A stretch of 64,000 nucleotides of DNA, taken from positions 558,001-622,000 of the forward strand of contig JBMNHG010000008.1 of assembly GCA_050950285.1 (NCBI GenBank), read 5' to 3'. The notes below the pieces were generated by a model that was not told the origin of the DNA, did not search any database, and saw only the letters and a list, made by a program, of their open reading frames with translations. The DNA is from Kiritimatiellia bacterium. GTDB lineage: Bacteria > Verrucomicrobiota > Kiritimatiellia > RFP12 > JBMNHG01. How positions within the stretch are numbered: position 1 is the stretch's first letter; every line of letters begins with the position of its first letter. Positions 52,097 to 62,117 of this stretch are shown piece after piece. The position numbers and the translations under genes are program-made.

Positions 52097-52900
52097 CTAG
52101 CGGAGGATGAACACGGTGCCCGCCGGGGGCTGGTAGTAGGGGACGACATCCTCGGCGGCGGTTCCGAGGCGGATGTCGTCATAGCGCGCCTCGGTGTCTT
52201 GCCCGTTCTGCACGAAGACGAAGTTGCGGAAGGTCAGGTTGCCTTGGACGGTCGATGCCGGCGCATCCGTGGGCTGCCAGCACGAGAGGTCCGGGTTGTA
52301 CCAGAAATGGATGGCGTCTGCGTCGTTCCCGCCGAAGTCGATGCGGAAGACGACGAGCGCGATGGCGCCGACGGATCCGAGGTTGGGGAGTTGGAGTTCG
52401 GTCGAGCGCGTGCTGGAGGCGCCGTCCTGCTCCTGAAGCCAGAGGTGTGCGCAGTTGGAGGCGCTTTGCAGGAGGAAGCTTCCCCAGAGCGTGGCGCCGT
52501 CGGCACCCACGCAGGCGTATCCGGCGGAGTTGACGACCCGAAGCCCGGCCTGATCGAACACGCCGCCCTCGACGAGGTCGAGCGTACGCTGCGCGTAATT
52601 GAAGTTGGGGCCGCCGTAGCCCGCAGCGAGGTTGAGGTAGTTGCCGCCGGAAAGGGCTGGCTCGGTTTCCGGGGTGTATCCCGCGTAGGAGAAGGAGTAG
52701 ATATTGTCGCGGACCTGGTTCATGTAGCCCTGGCCGGGGCAGCCTGCGGACCAGGCTCCGAGCCATCCCGATGCACCGTTCTGTCCATGGAGGTTGCAGT
52801 CGGTAGGGTAGTCGAAGTTCTCGTATGCGAGAAGATCGGCATGGGCCGCGCCGGAGGCGGCGAGGACGATGGCCGCGGATAGCAGCAGCGTTTGTTTCAT
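52097..52900 (-). CDS. secreted protein resembling PEP-CTERM-type cargo, C-terminal GTVFILR tail
   Basis: Signal peptide, ADLLAYENFDY, ends YDDIRLGTAAEDVVPYYQPPAGTVFILR. Confidence 0.75.
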   Translation of the reverse strand: MKQTLLLSAAIVLAASGAAHADLLAYENFDYPTDCNLHGQNGASGWLGAWSAGCPGQGYMNQVRDNIYSFSYAGYTPETEPALSGGNYLNLAAGYGGPNFNYAQRTLDLVEGGVFDQAGLRVVNSAGYACVGADGATLWGSFLLQSASNCAHLWLQEQDGASSTRSTELQLPNLGSVGAIALVVFRIDFGGNDADAIHFWYNPDLSCWQPTDAPASTVQGNLTFRNFVFVQNGQDTEARYDDIRLGTAAEDVVPYYQPPAGTVFILR

Positions 52901-52938
52901 GGAGGCAGCTCCGGGTTATGGTCGAACAGGGGGAAGGC

Positions 52939-54090
52939 TCAGGGGAGACTGGGAAGACTGGGGATGATGCGATGGATGGGGTCGGAGCCCGGCGGAAGCA
53001 GCCCGTTTCGATCGGCAAGAAGTCGCACGATCTCCCGTCCCGCGAGATGGTTCTGCTTGTCGACGGTCGCCAGGTTGTCCAGCGGTTCGATGGACCGCTC
53101 CCAGCACTCGGCCCAGAAATCGTCGAATCCTGAAACGCGGATGCCGCCAGGGCCGACGCGCCATCCGGCGATACGGCAGGCGCCGAGGAAGGGATAGACG
53201 GAGCCGTCCTCGAGAAGCATCACGGCATCGGCACCGTCCGGGCGCGCGAGTTCCTCGTAGAGATAGCCCAGCACATGGCGCGTGCGATGCCAATGGGCCG
53301 AACCATCGCCCTCGGCGCCCCTGGCGGGAAGGTCGCAGCGGATGGGCTCGAGAGGGGCAAGCCCCGCCTCGAGAACGGCGTTCCGGCAACCGCGCTCGCG
53401 GTCTTCCAGCCAGGCGACACCCCGCTCCGTCGTGCTCCAGAAGGGAAGGATGCGGCGACAGCCTTGGGCGACAAACCAGCGCACCAGCGCGGCGGCGCCA
53501 CCGGCGTGGTCGAACAGCACCTGGTCGCAGGCATCCAGCCCCGGCGCCGCTTCGTTGCTGACCACGGGGATTCCCGCCGCAAGCAGTGTCGAGGCCAGTC
53601 CGGCGATCACGGGGAGATAGGCGACCTGCGCCGTCAACACGAGACCCGCAGGGCGGTTCTCGCGCAACCAGGTGCAGGTTTCAGGGGTCAGCCTGTCGCG
53701 ATGAAGACGCAGGATGCTCAATCCTCGCGCGCTGGCTTCATCGAGCATCCCGGACTCGATGGCATCGATGGTGCCGCCATGGTCTCCGGGCTTTGCATCG
53801 AGCGAGCGGTGTGTCGCGACAACGACGGTTCCGGACATGACGCCGTTGTCCGCCCTTTGCGCGCTGCGGGCGACCACTCGGCCGCGACGTCCGCGATTCT
53901 CCAGCAGGCCTTCGTCTTCGAGCCTTGCCAGTGCGGCGCGGAGCGTGGGGCGCGAGACACCAAGCGCCTCGGAAAGGGTCATTTCCGTGGGGATGCGCTC
54001 GCCGCAGGTCCAGACGCCGTTCGCCAATTGCTCGCGCAGGGCGCGCGCTACACGCTCCTGGGATGTCGTATGGGAACCAATCCGATGCAT
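52939..54090 (-). CDS. GntR-family regulator with LacI-type sugar-binding domain (AraR-like)
   Basis: IPTEMTLSEALGVSRPTLRAAL..L.DEG, then a periplasmic-binding-like domain with VSGFDD. Confidence 0.85.
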   Translation of the reverse strand: MHRIGSHTTSQERVARALREQLANGVWTCGERIPTEMTLSEALGVSRPTLRAALARLEDEGLLENRGRRGRVVARSAQRADNGVMSGTVVVATHRSLDAKPGDHGGTIDAIESGMLDEASARGLSILRLHRDRLTPETCTWLRENRPAGLVLTAQVAYLPVIAGLASTLLAAGIPVVSNEAAPGLDACDQVLFDHAGGAAALVRWFVAQGCRRILPFWSTTERGVAWLEDRERGCRNAVLEAGLAPLEPIRCDLPARGAEGDGSAHWHRTRHVLGYLYEELARPDGADAVMLLEDGSVYPFLGACRIAGWRVGPGGIRVSGFDDFWAECWERSIEPLDNLATVDKQNHLAGREIVRLLADRNGLLPPGSDPIHRIIPSLPSLP

Positions 54091-54111
54091 GGCTTCAAAG
54101 AAATTACAAGC

Positions 54112-54140
54112 AATTTACATTTAGGTGCGCGAATTGTCAA
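54112..54140 (-). promoter_or_regulatory. sigma70-like promoter of the GntR gene
   Basis: TTGACA (54135-54140), N17, TAAATT (54112-54117) in an AT-rich patch. Confidence 0.55.
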
Positions 54141-54311
54141 ATCACAATACAGCATCCCTAAACCGCCTCACTTTGCCAAGTGAGGCGATCGACACCGCTG
54201 GCGGAAATCGTTTGGCGTCGTTCCGGTGATGTGGTATTGTCCCCTGCGTTCTCCGCAGGCGGGGCGAATCGCGCCATCCGCCGAGGATTTTCCCGCAAAA
54301 CGCCCCTATGC

Positions 54312-54388
54312 GGACGATTAGCTCAGTTGGTCAGAGCAGTTGCCTTACACGCAACGGGCCGGGGGTTCGAGTCCCTCATCGTCCACCA
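54312..54388 (+). tRNA. tRNA-Val(TAC)
   Basis: Acceptor GGACGAT/ATCGTCC, D arm AGCTCAGTTGGTCAGAGC, anticodon stem GTTGC-CTTACAC-GCAAC, TTCGA T loop, encoded CCA. Confidence 0.96.
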
Positions 54389-54390
54389 TC

Positions 54391-55470
54391 ATGCCTCCCG
54401 CCATCCATCAGCTGGTCGCCGGTTATCGCCAGGGCGACGCCATCAGCAACGAGGCCCGCGCGCTCCGGAAGATCTTCCGGGCCTGGGGCCACCCTTCGGA
54501 GATTGTCTGCGAGGCGCAGCGCGCCGCCCCGCAGGTGCGCGCCGAAATCCGCACCCCCTCCGACATCCTTCCCGCCCTGCGCCCCGGCGATGTCGCCCTC
54601 CTCCACCTCTCCATCGGCACGGCCATCAACCGTTTCTTCGCGACACTGCCCTGCCGGAAGGTCATCCTCTACCACAACGTGACTCCGGCGGAGTACTTCC
54701 GCCTCTACAACCCCGCGCTCCACGACGATCTCGCGGCAGGCCGCCGCGACGCCGCCGCCCTCGCCGGCGTGGCCGAGTTGAACCTTGCGGACAGCCGCTT
54801 CAACGCGCGCGAGCTGGAGGCCATGGGCTACCGCGACACGAAGGTGCTCCCGCTGGTCTTCAACCTCGACGAGTTCCCGTCCAACGCACGGGACCCGGCC
54901 ACCCTCCGGCGTCTCGGCGAAGGCCATGCCAACATCCTCTTCGTGGGCCGTTGCGTGCCGAACAAGCGGCTGGAGGATATCCTGGTTGCCGTGCATTACC
55001 TCCAGAAGAACCTCGGTGCCTCCGCGCGGTTCGTCCATGTGGGGTCGTACGCCGGCGTCGAGGCCTACTACACCCTCCTGCTGGCCCAGAACCGCGAGCT
55101 GGGCCTTCGCGACACCCTCTTCCTCGGGCCGGTCACCCAGGATGCCCTGAACACCTGCTACGCCTCCGCGGGGCTCTTCCTCTGCCTGAGCGAACACGAA
55201 GGCTTCTGCGCCCCGCTGCTCGAGGCGATGCTCCACGGCGTGCCCGTCCTCGCCCGCGACGCCGGGGCCGTGGCCGAGACGCTCGACGGCGTCGGCGTGC
55301 TCTTCCACGATCCCGATCCGCGCCTGGTTGCCGAAACCGCCTTCGAAGTGCTGGCCGATCCCGTCTTGCGCGCTTCGATCGTCGGGCGGCAGAACCGCCG
55401 CATCGACGCCTTCCGCCGCCGCGATGTGGACGCGGAGCTTCGCGCCCTCTTCGCCCCCCTGGGCCTCTAG
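54391..55470 (+). CDS. GT4 glycosyltransferase
   Basis: GDAISNE, YHNVTP, LFVGR..PNKR, SEHEGFCAPLLEAM. Confidence 0.9.
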   Translation: MPPAIHQLVAGYRQGDAISNEARALRKIFRAWGHPSEIVCEAQRAAPQVRAEIRTPSDILPALRPGDVALLHLSIGTAINRFFATLPCRKVILYHNVTPAEYFRLYNPALHDDLAAGRRDAAALAGVAELNLADSRFNARELEAMGYRDTKVLPLVFNLDEFPSNARDPATLRRLGEGHANILFVGRCVPNKRLEDILVAVHYLQKNLGASARFVHVGSYAGVEAYYTLLLAQNRELGLRDTLFLGPVTQDALNTCYASAGLFLCLSEHEGFCAPLLEAMLHGVPVLARDAGAVAETLDGVGVLFHDPDPRLVAETAFEVLADPVLRASIVGRQNRRIDAFRRRDVDAELRALFAPLGL

Positions 55471-55531
55471 CCGGCCCTCCCGCGATCTTTCGCGTTGAAC
55501 CCCGGCCGCGCAGCGGGGTACCCTTGTCCCC

Positions 55532-56941
55532 ATGAACACCCCCGCCGTCCCGCCTCCCGCCTTCACCTTCCGCGACATCAACCTGGGCTGCTTCGCCATC
55601 GACGGCCAGGGCCGCACCGTCGCGACGGTCACCCCGCAAGGCTACATCGACTGGGTGCTCGTCTCCCCGGCGGACGACGGCCCGCTCATCCGCGAGGTCC
55701 CGTGCGAGACCCATCTCTGCTACGTGATGGGCCTCAAGATGCTCCTGAACCTGCCATCCCCTTGCGGCGAGCAGGTCGCGCTGGAGCGCGAGCTCCTCGA
55801 CAACGGGCGTTCCGTGCGGCTCTCCGGCGTCTCCCGCGACCCCGGGGACCTCTGGCGGGGCCACACGGCGGCGACCCTCTCCCCCAACCCCGCGACCGGC
55901 CGCCTGGAATGGGCCTTCGAGACGTCGCTGGAGTACCTGGGCGACCGCGCCATCGACGTGGAGAGCCTCGAGTACAACAACGTCTATCCCGGCACCGTGG
56001 GCCGCTGCATGCTCTTCGCCCCGCAGAAGACCCACTCCAGCACCATCCTGGTCGACCGCGACGGCGTGCCCTGGAAGTTCCCCCACCAGCATTCGATGCA
56101 CTACTCGCGCAAGATCCGGACGCTCCGCTTCGCCGCCGGCTCGATGGCCGGCTTCTTCGGCGAGAAGCTCAATCCGGTGGTCGTGGTGGAGGAGTCGTCC
56201 TTCGAGCCGGACTGGGCCATCTGCGACATGTACTACGACCTCCACTGCATGTGCCGCGTGCCGCGCCCCATCCAGCCCGGCGAGACGCTCTTCTGGCGCT
56301 ACCGGGTGAAGTACCTCGACGAAGCGGAATCCGCCCCCGTCACCGGCCGCGCGCGCCACATCCCCGTCGCGGCCGACGACTACCGCGCCTTTTTCTACCC
56401 GCGCCTCTCCCTCGGGCGCAACGACCTGAAGAACCCCATCGCGATCGACGCCCCCGAAGAGGGCGACTGCTTCCGCCCCGCGCCCCCGGTGAAGGTCTGG
56501 GATCGCGAGACGGGCCCCGCCGGCTCCGGCTCGCTCCGCCTCTCCAACGACTCCCCGCGCGAGACCGCATGGGCCGCCGAACCGCCCAACCAGGTCCCCC
56601 CTTCCACGCGCCTGCAACTTTCCGCGCTGGCGAAGGCCGATGGCGTAACGGGCAAGGGGATATTCCTCCGCCTCCGCCCCCATCGCTTCGTGTGGCGTCC
56701 CGCCCCGCACGTGGAGTACGGCCCGGCGCTCGAGTCCGAACCCGTCCGGGGCACGACGGACTGGGTGCGCGTGGCCACGCCGGCGCTCGAGGTCCCGGCC
56801 GACTCGCAGGACCTGCTCGTGTGGATCGAGGTGGTGCTCGACGGCGAAGGCACCGCCTGGCTCGCGGATGTGGACGTCGATCTCCAGGGCGTCTTCGAGG
56901 ATGCGCCCCTGTCGCCCGTCCGCACCCCCGTGAAAGGGTAG
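55532..56941 (+). CDS. hypothetical protein with possible C-terminal carbohydrate-binding module
   Basis: Strong codon bias; C-terminal 'GTTDWVRV...GTAWLADV'. Confidence 0.6.
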   Translation: MNTPAVPPPAFTFRDINLGCFAIDGQGRTVATVTPQGYIDWVLVSPADDGPLIREVPCETHLCYVMGLKMLLNLPSPCGEQVALERELLDNGRSVRLSGVSRDPGDLWRGHTAATLSPNPATGRLEWAFETSLEYLGDRAIDVESLEYNNVYPGTVGRCMLFAPQKTHSSTILVDRDGVPWKFPHQHSMHYSRKIRTLRFAAGSMAGFFGEKLNPVVVVEESSFEPDWAICDMYYDLHCMCRVPRPIQPGETLFWRYRVKYLDEAESAPVTGRARHIPVAADDYRAFFYPRLSLGRNDLKNPIAIDAPEEGDCFRPAPPVKVWDRETGPAGSGSLRLSNDSPRETAWAAEPPNQVPPSTRLQLSALAKADGVTGKGIFLRLRPHRFVWRPAPHVEYGPALESEPVRGTTDWVRVATPALEVPADSQDLLVWIEVVLDGEGTAWLADVDVDLQGVFEDAPLSPVRTPVKG

Positions 56942-56958
56942 GGCGGAGGATGCCGACC

Positions 56959-58116
56959 ATGGAAAGCCTGCGGACAAACGCCTTCCGTTGCGGGTTGGAC
57001 GTGCTGCTGGACGACCATCCCGACTGGCTTGCCGGGCGGCGCGCCGCGTTGCTGAGCCACCCCGCCGCCCTCGACCGCTTCGGCGCAACCTCCGCCGAAC
57101 GCCTTCACGCCGAACTGGGGGAGGGGCTCGTCGCGCTCTTCGGCCCCGAACATGGCTTCTGGGGGCTGGCCGGCGCGGGCGAGGAAACGGCGTCCGGCGT
57201 CCATCCCGCCTGGGGCATCCCCATCCATTCGCTCTACGGCGCCACCCGCAAGCCCACGCCGGAGATGCTTCGCGGCATCGACGTGCTGGTCTGCGACCTG
57301 CAGGATCTCGGCGCCCGCTGCTACACCTACCTCGCCACCCTCGACCTTGCGCTCCAGGCGTGCGCCGGCGCGGGCGTGGAAGTGGTGGTGGCGGATCGCC
57401 CGATCCCGCTTCCGGGCGTCGAGGACGGCCCCATCGCCGAGGAGCGCTTCTTCAGCTTCGTCGCGCCGCTCCCCCTGCCGATGTGCACCGGCATGACGCC
57501 CGGACAGGCCGCCCGGTGGATTTGCCGCCACCGCGACCTGTCGCTTCCCTTGCGCGTCGCGCCGATGGACGGATGGGACGGCCAGGGGCGGCGCGCCGCG
57601 GATTGGCCCGACTTCATCCCGCCTTCGCCGGGCATCCGCAGCTGGGAGGCGGGCGCCACCTACCTCGCCACGGTCTCCACCGAGGCCATCCCCGTCCTGG
57701 ATGTCGGCCGAGGGACCAGCCTCGCCTTCCGCCTGGTGGGCGCGCCGTGGATTGACGCCGGAGCCCTCCGGGAACGCCTGGAGGACGCCGCCCTCCCCGG
57801 CGTGCGCTTCCATCCGCACGCCTACGTGGCGGGGACGAAACCCTACGGCGGCACGACGATCCACGGGCTGCGCATCGGCGTTGTCGATCCTGCCGCCTTC
57901 CGCCCCGTGCGCACGGGCGTCGCCATCCTCGCCGCCCTGCGCGACCTCTACGGGGGCGACCGCCTCTGGCGTTCCGAAGGCGCCCGCCCCGGATGGTTCG
58001 ACCGGCTCTTCGGCACCGACGCCACGCGCCTCGCCTTGCAGGACGGCGCCCCGGCCGACGCCATCGCCTCGGCCTGGGCCACGGGCTCACCGGGGCCTGC
58101 CGCCGTCTCGGGCTAG
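56959..58116 (+). CDS. namZ: exo-beta-N-acetylmuramidase NamZ / DUF1343 family
   Basis: LFGPEHG, SLYG, DLQDLGARCYTY, DRPIP, GRGT; GGAGG RBS. Confidence 0.85.
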   Translation: MESLRTNAFRCGLDVLLDDHPDWLAGRRAALLSHPAALDRFGATSAERLHAELGEGLVALFGPEHGFWGLAGAGEETASGVHPAWGIPIHSLYGATRKPTPEMLRGIDVLVCDLQDLGARCYTYLATLDLALQACAGAGVEVVVADRPIPLPGVEDGPIAEERFFSFVAPLPLPMCTGMTPGQAARWICRHRDLSLPLRVAPMDGWDGQGRRAADWPDFIPPSPGIRSWEAGATYLATVSTEAIPVLDVGRGTSLAFRLVGAPWIDAGALRERLEDAALPGVRFHPHAYVAGTKPYGGTTIHGLRIGVVDPAAFRPVRTGVAILAALRDLYGGDRLWRSEGARPGWFDRLFGTDATRLALQDGAPADAIASAWATGSPGPAAVSG

Positions 58117-60404
58117 CGGCATTCGATGCGGACGGAGCGGAGGAAGATCCCCATGTCGGACGGCCAGCCCGGCTCGCCGAATCGCGCGGGGTCGTAGGGG
58201 CGCGGGGAAAAGAAGCGATAGACGCCGGCGGGATGCGGCGCGCCGCCGGGGGCCAGGAGCTCGGCGACGAGGTTGGTGCGGCCTCCGGCGACGTGGAAGG
58301 TCGCGCCTTCGCCGCCCCAGGGCGGGAGGACGGTCACGGTTTGGACGGCCCATCCGGGGTCGTCGGAGGGCGGGAACCATTCCGCGTCGAGGGAAAGGGC
58401 GACGCGTCCGTCCGCAGGGACGGGGCCGATCACGCCCGAGCCTTCGCGCGTCCAGCGGCCGCCCTTCCGGGAGGCGCCCCAGGGGCCGCGCAGGCCGATG
58501 GGGCCGTTGTCGAGCTGCTTCTCCTGGAAAAGCGGCGCGCCGTTTTTCGCGGCGTCCGCCAGGGGGATGACGCGCAGGAGGGTGTTTTCCACCACGCGTT
58601 CGCCGGGGAAGACGGGCAGATAGCCGCGTGTGGCCACGGTGGGGAAGCGTCCGGAACGGGAAGCGGCCGGTTCCAGCGCGAACCCTTCCTCCAGCGTCGC
58701 GGGCGCGTAGGAAGTCACGACGCAGACGTTCCCGGTGGAGGCCACGGATGCGAGCCATTCCGCGACGTCGGGCCAGCGGTCCCGCTGGTGTTCGCCGAGG
58801 CCGAGGACGGGGAGTTCGAGCGTGGCGGCGTGGGGCACGGAGTGCGCGTGGTAGTCGAAGACCGTGAGGGGGCGCCCCATGCCGCGCAGCGTCCGGCGGA
58901 AATCCTCGCACCAGGCGCGTGCGCCCTCTTCGTTCACGGCGAAGTAGGCGGCCGGCCACCGCACCGGGTTGGCGAGCCCGAGCGCGGCCGCGAGCGCGCA
59001 GGCCGCCACGCCGCTTCCGGAGCGGAGGCGTTCGAAGACCTCCGAGAGGGACGGGACGGACAGCGCCGCGAAGGCGATGGCCACGGGGAGGAGGCGCCGC
59101 TGGCTCCACACGCCGGCGGGGGTTTCGGCGGCTTTGACGAAGAGGAAGAGCACCGTCGCCCAGCACAGTCCGCAGAAGGCGATCCGGCGTCCGGGCGGCG
59201 CGCCGCTCCGCAGCGTGGCGGCGGTTGCGAGCGCGCCCAGCAGCAAGCCGGGGAGGCGGATGCCGGCGAGCGTCGTGAAGACCGATGCCGCCGCCCGCGG
59301 GGGCAGGGGAGGGAGGGAAAAACGGCATGCCGCGAAAAAGAGGAGGAGCGGGAGCAGCGCGATCGCGAGCCACCCCCACGGCTGGAGGCGCGCGTCGCAA
59401 CGGGCGCAGAAGGCGCGTCCGCGGCGGGTGGTTGCCATGGCCAGGGCGGCGAGCCCCAGCGCGGCGAGGGCGAGGGCGGCGGTTGCGAGCGCGCGGTGTT
59501 CGGGAGTGGCGCCGAAGAGGCGGGCCAGGCTCTCCCGGCGCGTCCAGTCGCCGTAGGGCTGGCAGACGTAGCGCGTCATCGCCCATGCGGGGAGCACGCC
59601 CGTGATGCCGCCCGCGACCAGGGCGGTCGGGTGGGCGCGGGAGGTCGCGCCGGGGAGGAGGGCCAGCGCCAGCGGTGCGGAGAGGACGAGAAGGGTGGGG
59701 TGGACGCTTGCGGCGAAGCCGAGCGCGAAGCCGGCGACGGCGAACGCGGCGGCATGGCGGTAGGGGCGCGCCATGGCGGAGACGAAGGCGGCGGTGGCGA
59801 GGAACGCCCCTGCGCCTTCCGCGTAAAAGCCGCGCGAGAACCAGCAGATCCAGGGCGTGCACAGGATCAGGGAGAGCGCCAGCGCCCATCCGCGGAAGCC
59901 CGCCTTGCCGATGGCGGTCGCGAGCAGCGTGGCGAACCAGAGGAAGGCGGGGATCGCGGGGAAGACGGGCGGCATGCCGCTTCCGGCGGCGGCGAGCGAC
60001 AGGAAGGGGGTGAAGAAGGGGACGGTCTGCGAGGTTTCGCCCCGCTTCAGCTGGAAGGCGAGGTCGCGGGTGGGGCGGCTGGGTTTCGCCGTCCGATACC
60101 AGAAGGCCTTCTGGAGGGGGGCGGGGACGGCGGCCAGCACGGGGTCCGGGCCGACGATGGGGCGGCCTGCGGCGAAGGCTTCGGCCAGGTCGCGCGTGGC
60201 CGAGCAATCGAGCCCGGCGAAGGAATCGTCCTGCGGCCGCAGGAAGAGGAAGGCGGCGGCCAGCGCCAGCGCCAGCGCGGCAGCGGCGGCGAGAGGCCGC
60301 GAGGAGCGGCACCTCGCCGCGGCGTCCGGCAGGGCGCGCGCGAGGAAGAAGAGCATCGGCGCCACGAAGGCGAGGCAGGAGAGGATGGCGAGGAGACGGG
60401 TCAT
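58113..60404 (-). CDS. polytopic membrane protein, possible GT-C glycosyltransferase
   Basis: Many TM segments with a soluble C-terminal domain; ATGA overlap with the GT2 gene. Confidence 0.6.
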   Translation of the reverse strand: MTRLLAILSCLAFVAPMLFFLARALPDAAARCRSSRPLAAAAALALALAAAFLFLRPQDDSFAGLDCSATRDLAEAFAAGRPIVGPDPVLAAVPAPLQKAFWYRTAKPSRPTRDLAFQLKRGETSQTVPFFTPFLSLAAAGSGMPPVFPAIPAFLWFATLLATAIGKAGFRGWALALSLILCTPWICWFSRGFYAEGAGAFLATAAFVSAMARPYRHAAAFAVAGFALGFAASVHPTLLVLSAPLALALLPGATSRAHPTALVAGGITGVLPAWAMTRYVCQPYGDWTRRESLARLFGATPEHRALATAALALAALGLAALAMATTRRGRAFCARCDARLQPWGWLAIALLPLLLFFAACRFSLPPLPPRAAASVFTTLAGIRLPGLLLGALATAATLRSGAPPGRRIAFCGLCWATVLFLFVKAAETPAGVWSQRRLLPVAIAFAALSVPSLSEVFERLRSGSGVAACALAAALGLANPVRWPAAYFAVNEEGARAWCEDFRRTLRGMGRPLTVFDYHAHSVPHAATLELPVLGLGEHQRDRWPDVAEWLASVASTGNVCVVTSYAPATLEEGFALEPAASRSGRFPTVATRGYLPVFPGERVVENTLLRVIPLADAAKNGAPLFQEKQLDNGPIGLRGPWGASRKGGRWTREGSGVIGPVPADGRVALSLDAEWFPPSDDPGWAVQTVTVLPPWGGEGATFHVAGGRTNLVAELLAPGGAPHPAGVYRFFSPRPYDPARFGEPGWPSDMGIFLRSVRIECR

Positions 60405-61300
60405 GGGGCGGGATTTCCGGGCGGCGGGCGTGCGGGGTCGAGGACGCCCCGGATGGAGAGGTCGCCGCGCCAGCCGCCGCGCCAGCCGTCGATGGAGCCG
60501 CGGAGGGCGTCCCGGCGGAGGGTGGCGGCCTGGACGAGGATCCGCCAGAGGAAGGCGCCCAGGGCGGGGGGAAGCGGCCGGCGCGCGTGGCGGCGGAGGA
60601 AGCGCACGTGGCCTTCGCGGTAGCAGGCGGCCTGGCGGCGGCCCAGCAGGGCGATGGACGCCGAACCGGCGTGGACGACGGCGGCGCGGGCGGTTTCGGC
60701 GAGGCGCCATCCGGCGGCGCGCGCGCGGAACGACCAGTCGGCGTCCTCGAAGAAGAAGGGGAAGCCTTCGTCCAGCGGGCCGACCTCGCGCAGGGCGGCG
60801 GCGCGGACGAGGAGCGAGGTGCCGCACAGGTAGTCGCCCGCTTCGCCGGGGCGGGTTTCGCGCGGGATCCAGAGGGGGGGGCGCAATCGCAGCAGGCCGC
60901 CCGACGGCGGGGCGGAGGGCGGCGCGCCCGCCTGGCGGAGGCGCGAGGAGACGGCGCCGGTGCGGGGGTCGGCCGCCATCGGGGCGAGAAGCTCCTCCAG
61001 CGCGCCGGGCTCGCAGAGGGTGTCGTTGTTGAGGAGCCAGACGAAGTCCGCGCCTGCGGCGAGGGCGGCGCGCATGCCGGCGTTCATGCCGCCGGCGAAG
61101 CCGAGGTTGCCGTCGAGGCGGAGGATGTCCGCGCCGGGGCAGGCCGCGCGGAGCGCCGGGGCGTCGTGGGCGGTCGATCCGTTGTCCACCACCAGGAGGC
61201 GGAGCGCGCCCGGCGCGCGGATGCGCCGCAGCGACTCGCAGCAGGGGGCGGTAACCTCCAGTTTGTTCCAGTGAAGGACGATGGCGGCGACGGAGTTCAC
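60401..61300 (-). CDS. GT2 glycosyltransferase (rhamnosyltransferase-like)
   Basis: VVDNGS, NLGFAGGMNAG, LLNNDT, FFFEDADW. Confidence 0.9.
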   Translation of the reverse strand: MNSVAAIVLHWNKLEVTAPCCESLRRIRAPGALRLLVVDNGSTAHDAPALRAACPGADILRLDGNLGFAGGMNAGMRAALAAGADFVWLLNNDTLCEPGALEELLAPMAADPRTGAVSSRLRQAGAPPSAPPSGGLLRLRPPLWIPRETRPGEAGDYLCGTSLLVRAAALREVGPLDEGFPFFFEDADWSFRARAAGWRLAETARAAVVHAGSASIALLGRRQAACYREGHVRFLRRHARRPLPPALGAFLWRILVQAATLRRDALRGSIDGWRGGWRGDLSIRGVLDPARPPPGNPAP

Positions 61301-61313
61301 GGGACGGGGCGGG

Positions 61314-62111
61314 CTACAGCGACAGGGGGTCGGACGGTTTGTCCCGGAAGGCCGTGCGGACGATGACGTCGTCGCGGCCGATCCGGTGGAGGCGGCCGCG
61401 GACGGTTTGCAGGGCGAGTTCGTAGGAGTTGCATTCGCAGCTGACGTGGGCGAGGTAGACGGCTTTCAGGCGTGGCCCCGCGACGTGTTCGAGGACGTCC
61501 GCGCACTGTTCGTTCGAGAGGTGGCCCTGGCGGCCGGCGATCCGCTGCTTGAGCGACCAGGGGCGCTTCGAGTCGCGGAGCAGGCCGGGGTCGTGGTTCG
61601 CCTCGAGCACGAGGGCGTCGCAATCGCGCAGGTGGCGGAGGAAGGCCTGGGTGGCGACGCCGGTGTCCGTGGCGAAGGCGATGCGCGCGTCGCCGTCCGA
61701 GACGGCGAATGCCACGGGGTCGGCGGCGTCGTGCGAGGTGGCGAAGCTCTCCACGTCCATTCCGGCGGCCTGGAACGACTGTCCGGCCTCGAAGATGTCC
61801 CAGAGGAATCCGGCGGGCGCGATGCGGGCGCGGTTGCGGACGACGGCTTCCACGGCGGTTGCGGTTCCTTCGGTGAGGAAGCAGCGGAGGGAGGTCTTGC
61901 GGAGAAGCGGGGCGATGCCGGAGATGTGGTCGGCGTGCTCGTGGGTGACGAGGAGGGCGGAAAGCGTGTCGAGCGGGCACCTCGCCGCTTTCGCGCGGGC
62001 CTGGAGTTCGCGGAAGGAGAGCCCCTGGTCGATGAGCAGGGACTCTCCGCGGGAGGAGGTGACGACGATGGCGTTGCCGGAGCTTCCGCTGGCTAGGATG
62101 TTGAGGCGCAT
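61314..62111 (-). CDS. MBL-fold metallo-hydrolase (YycJ/WalJ-like)
   Basis: ASGSSGN, THEHADH, SHDA, TDTG, LEANHD, GHLSN. Confidence 0.9.
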   Translation of the reverse strand: MRLNILASGSSGNAIVVTSSRGESLLIDQGLSFRELQARAKAARCPLDTLSALLVTHEHADHISGIAPLLRKTSLRCFLTEGTATAVEAVVRNRARIAPAGFLWDIFEAGQSFQAAGMDVESFATSHDAADPVAFAVSDGDARIAFATDTGVATQAFLRHLRDCDALVLEANHDPGLLRDSKRPWSLKQRIAGRQGHLSNEQCADVLEHVAGPRLKAVYLAHVSCECNSYELALQTVRGRLHRIGRDDVIVRTAFRDKPSDPLSL

Positions 62112-62117
62112 GGGGAG

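Noticed and set aside
54312..54388. tRNA-Val as an island integration site
   Set aside because: No duplicated tRNA 3' end was noticed, no integrase is present, and the downstream genes have backbone-like composition
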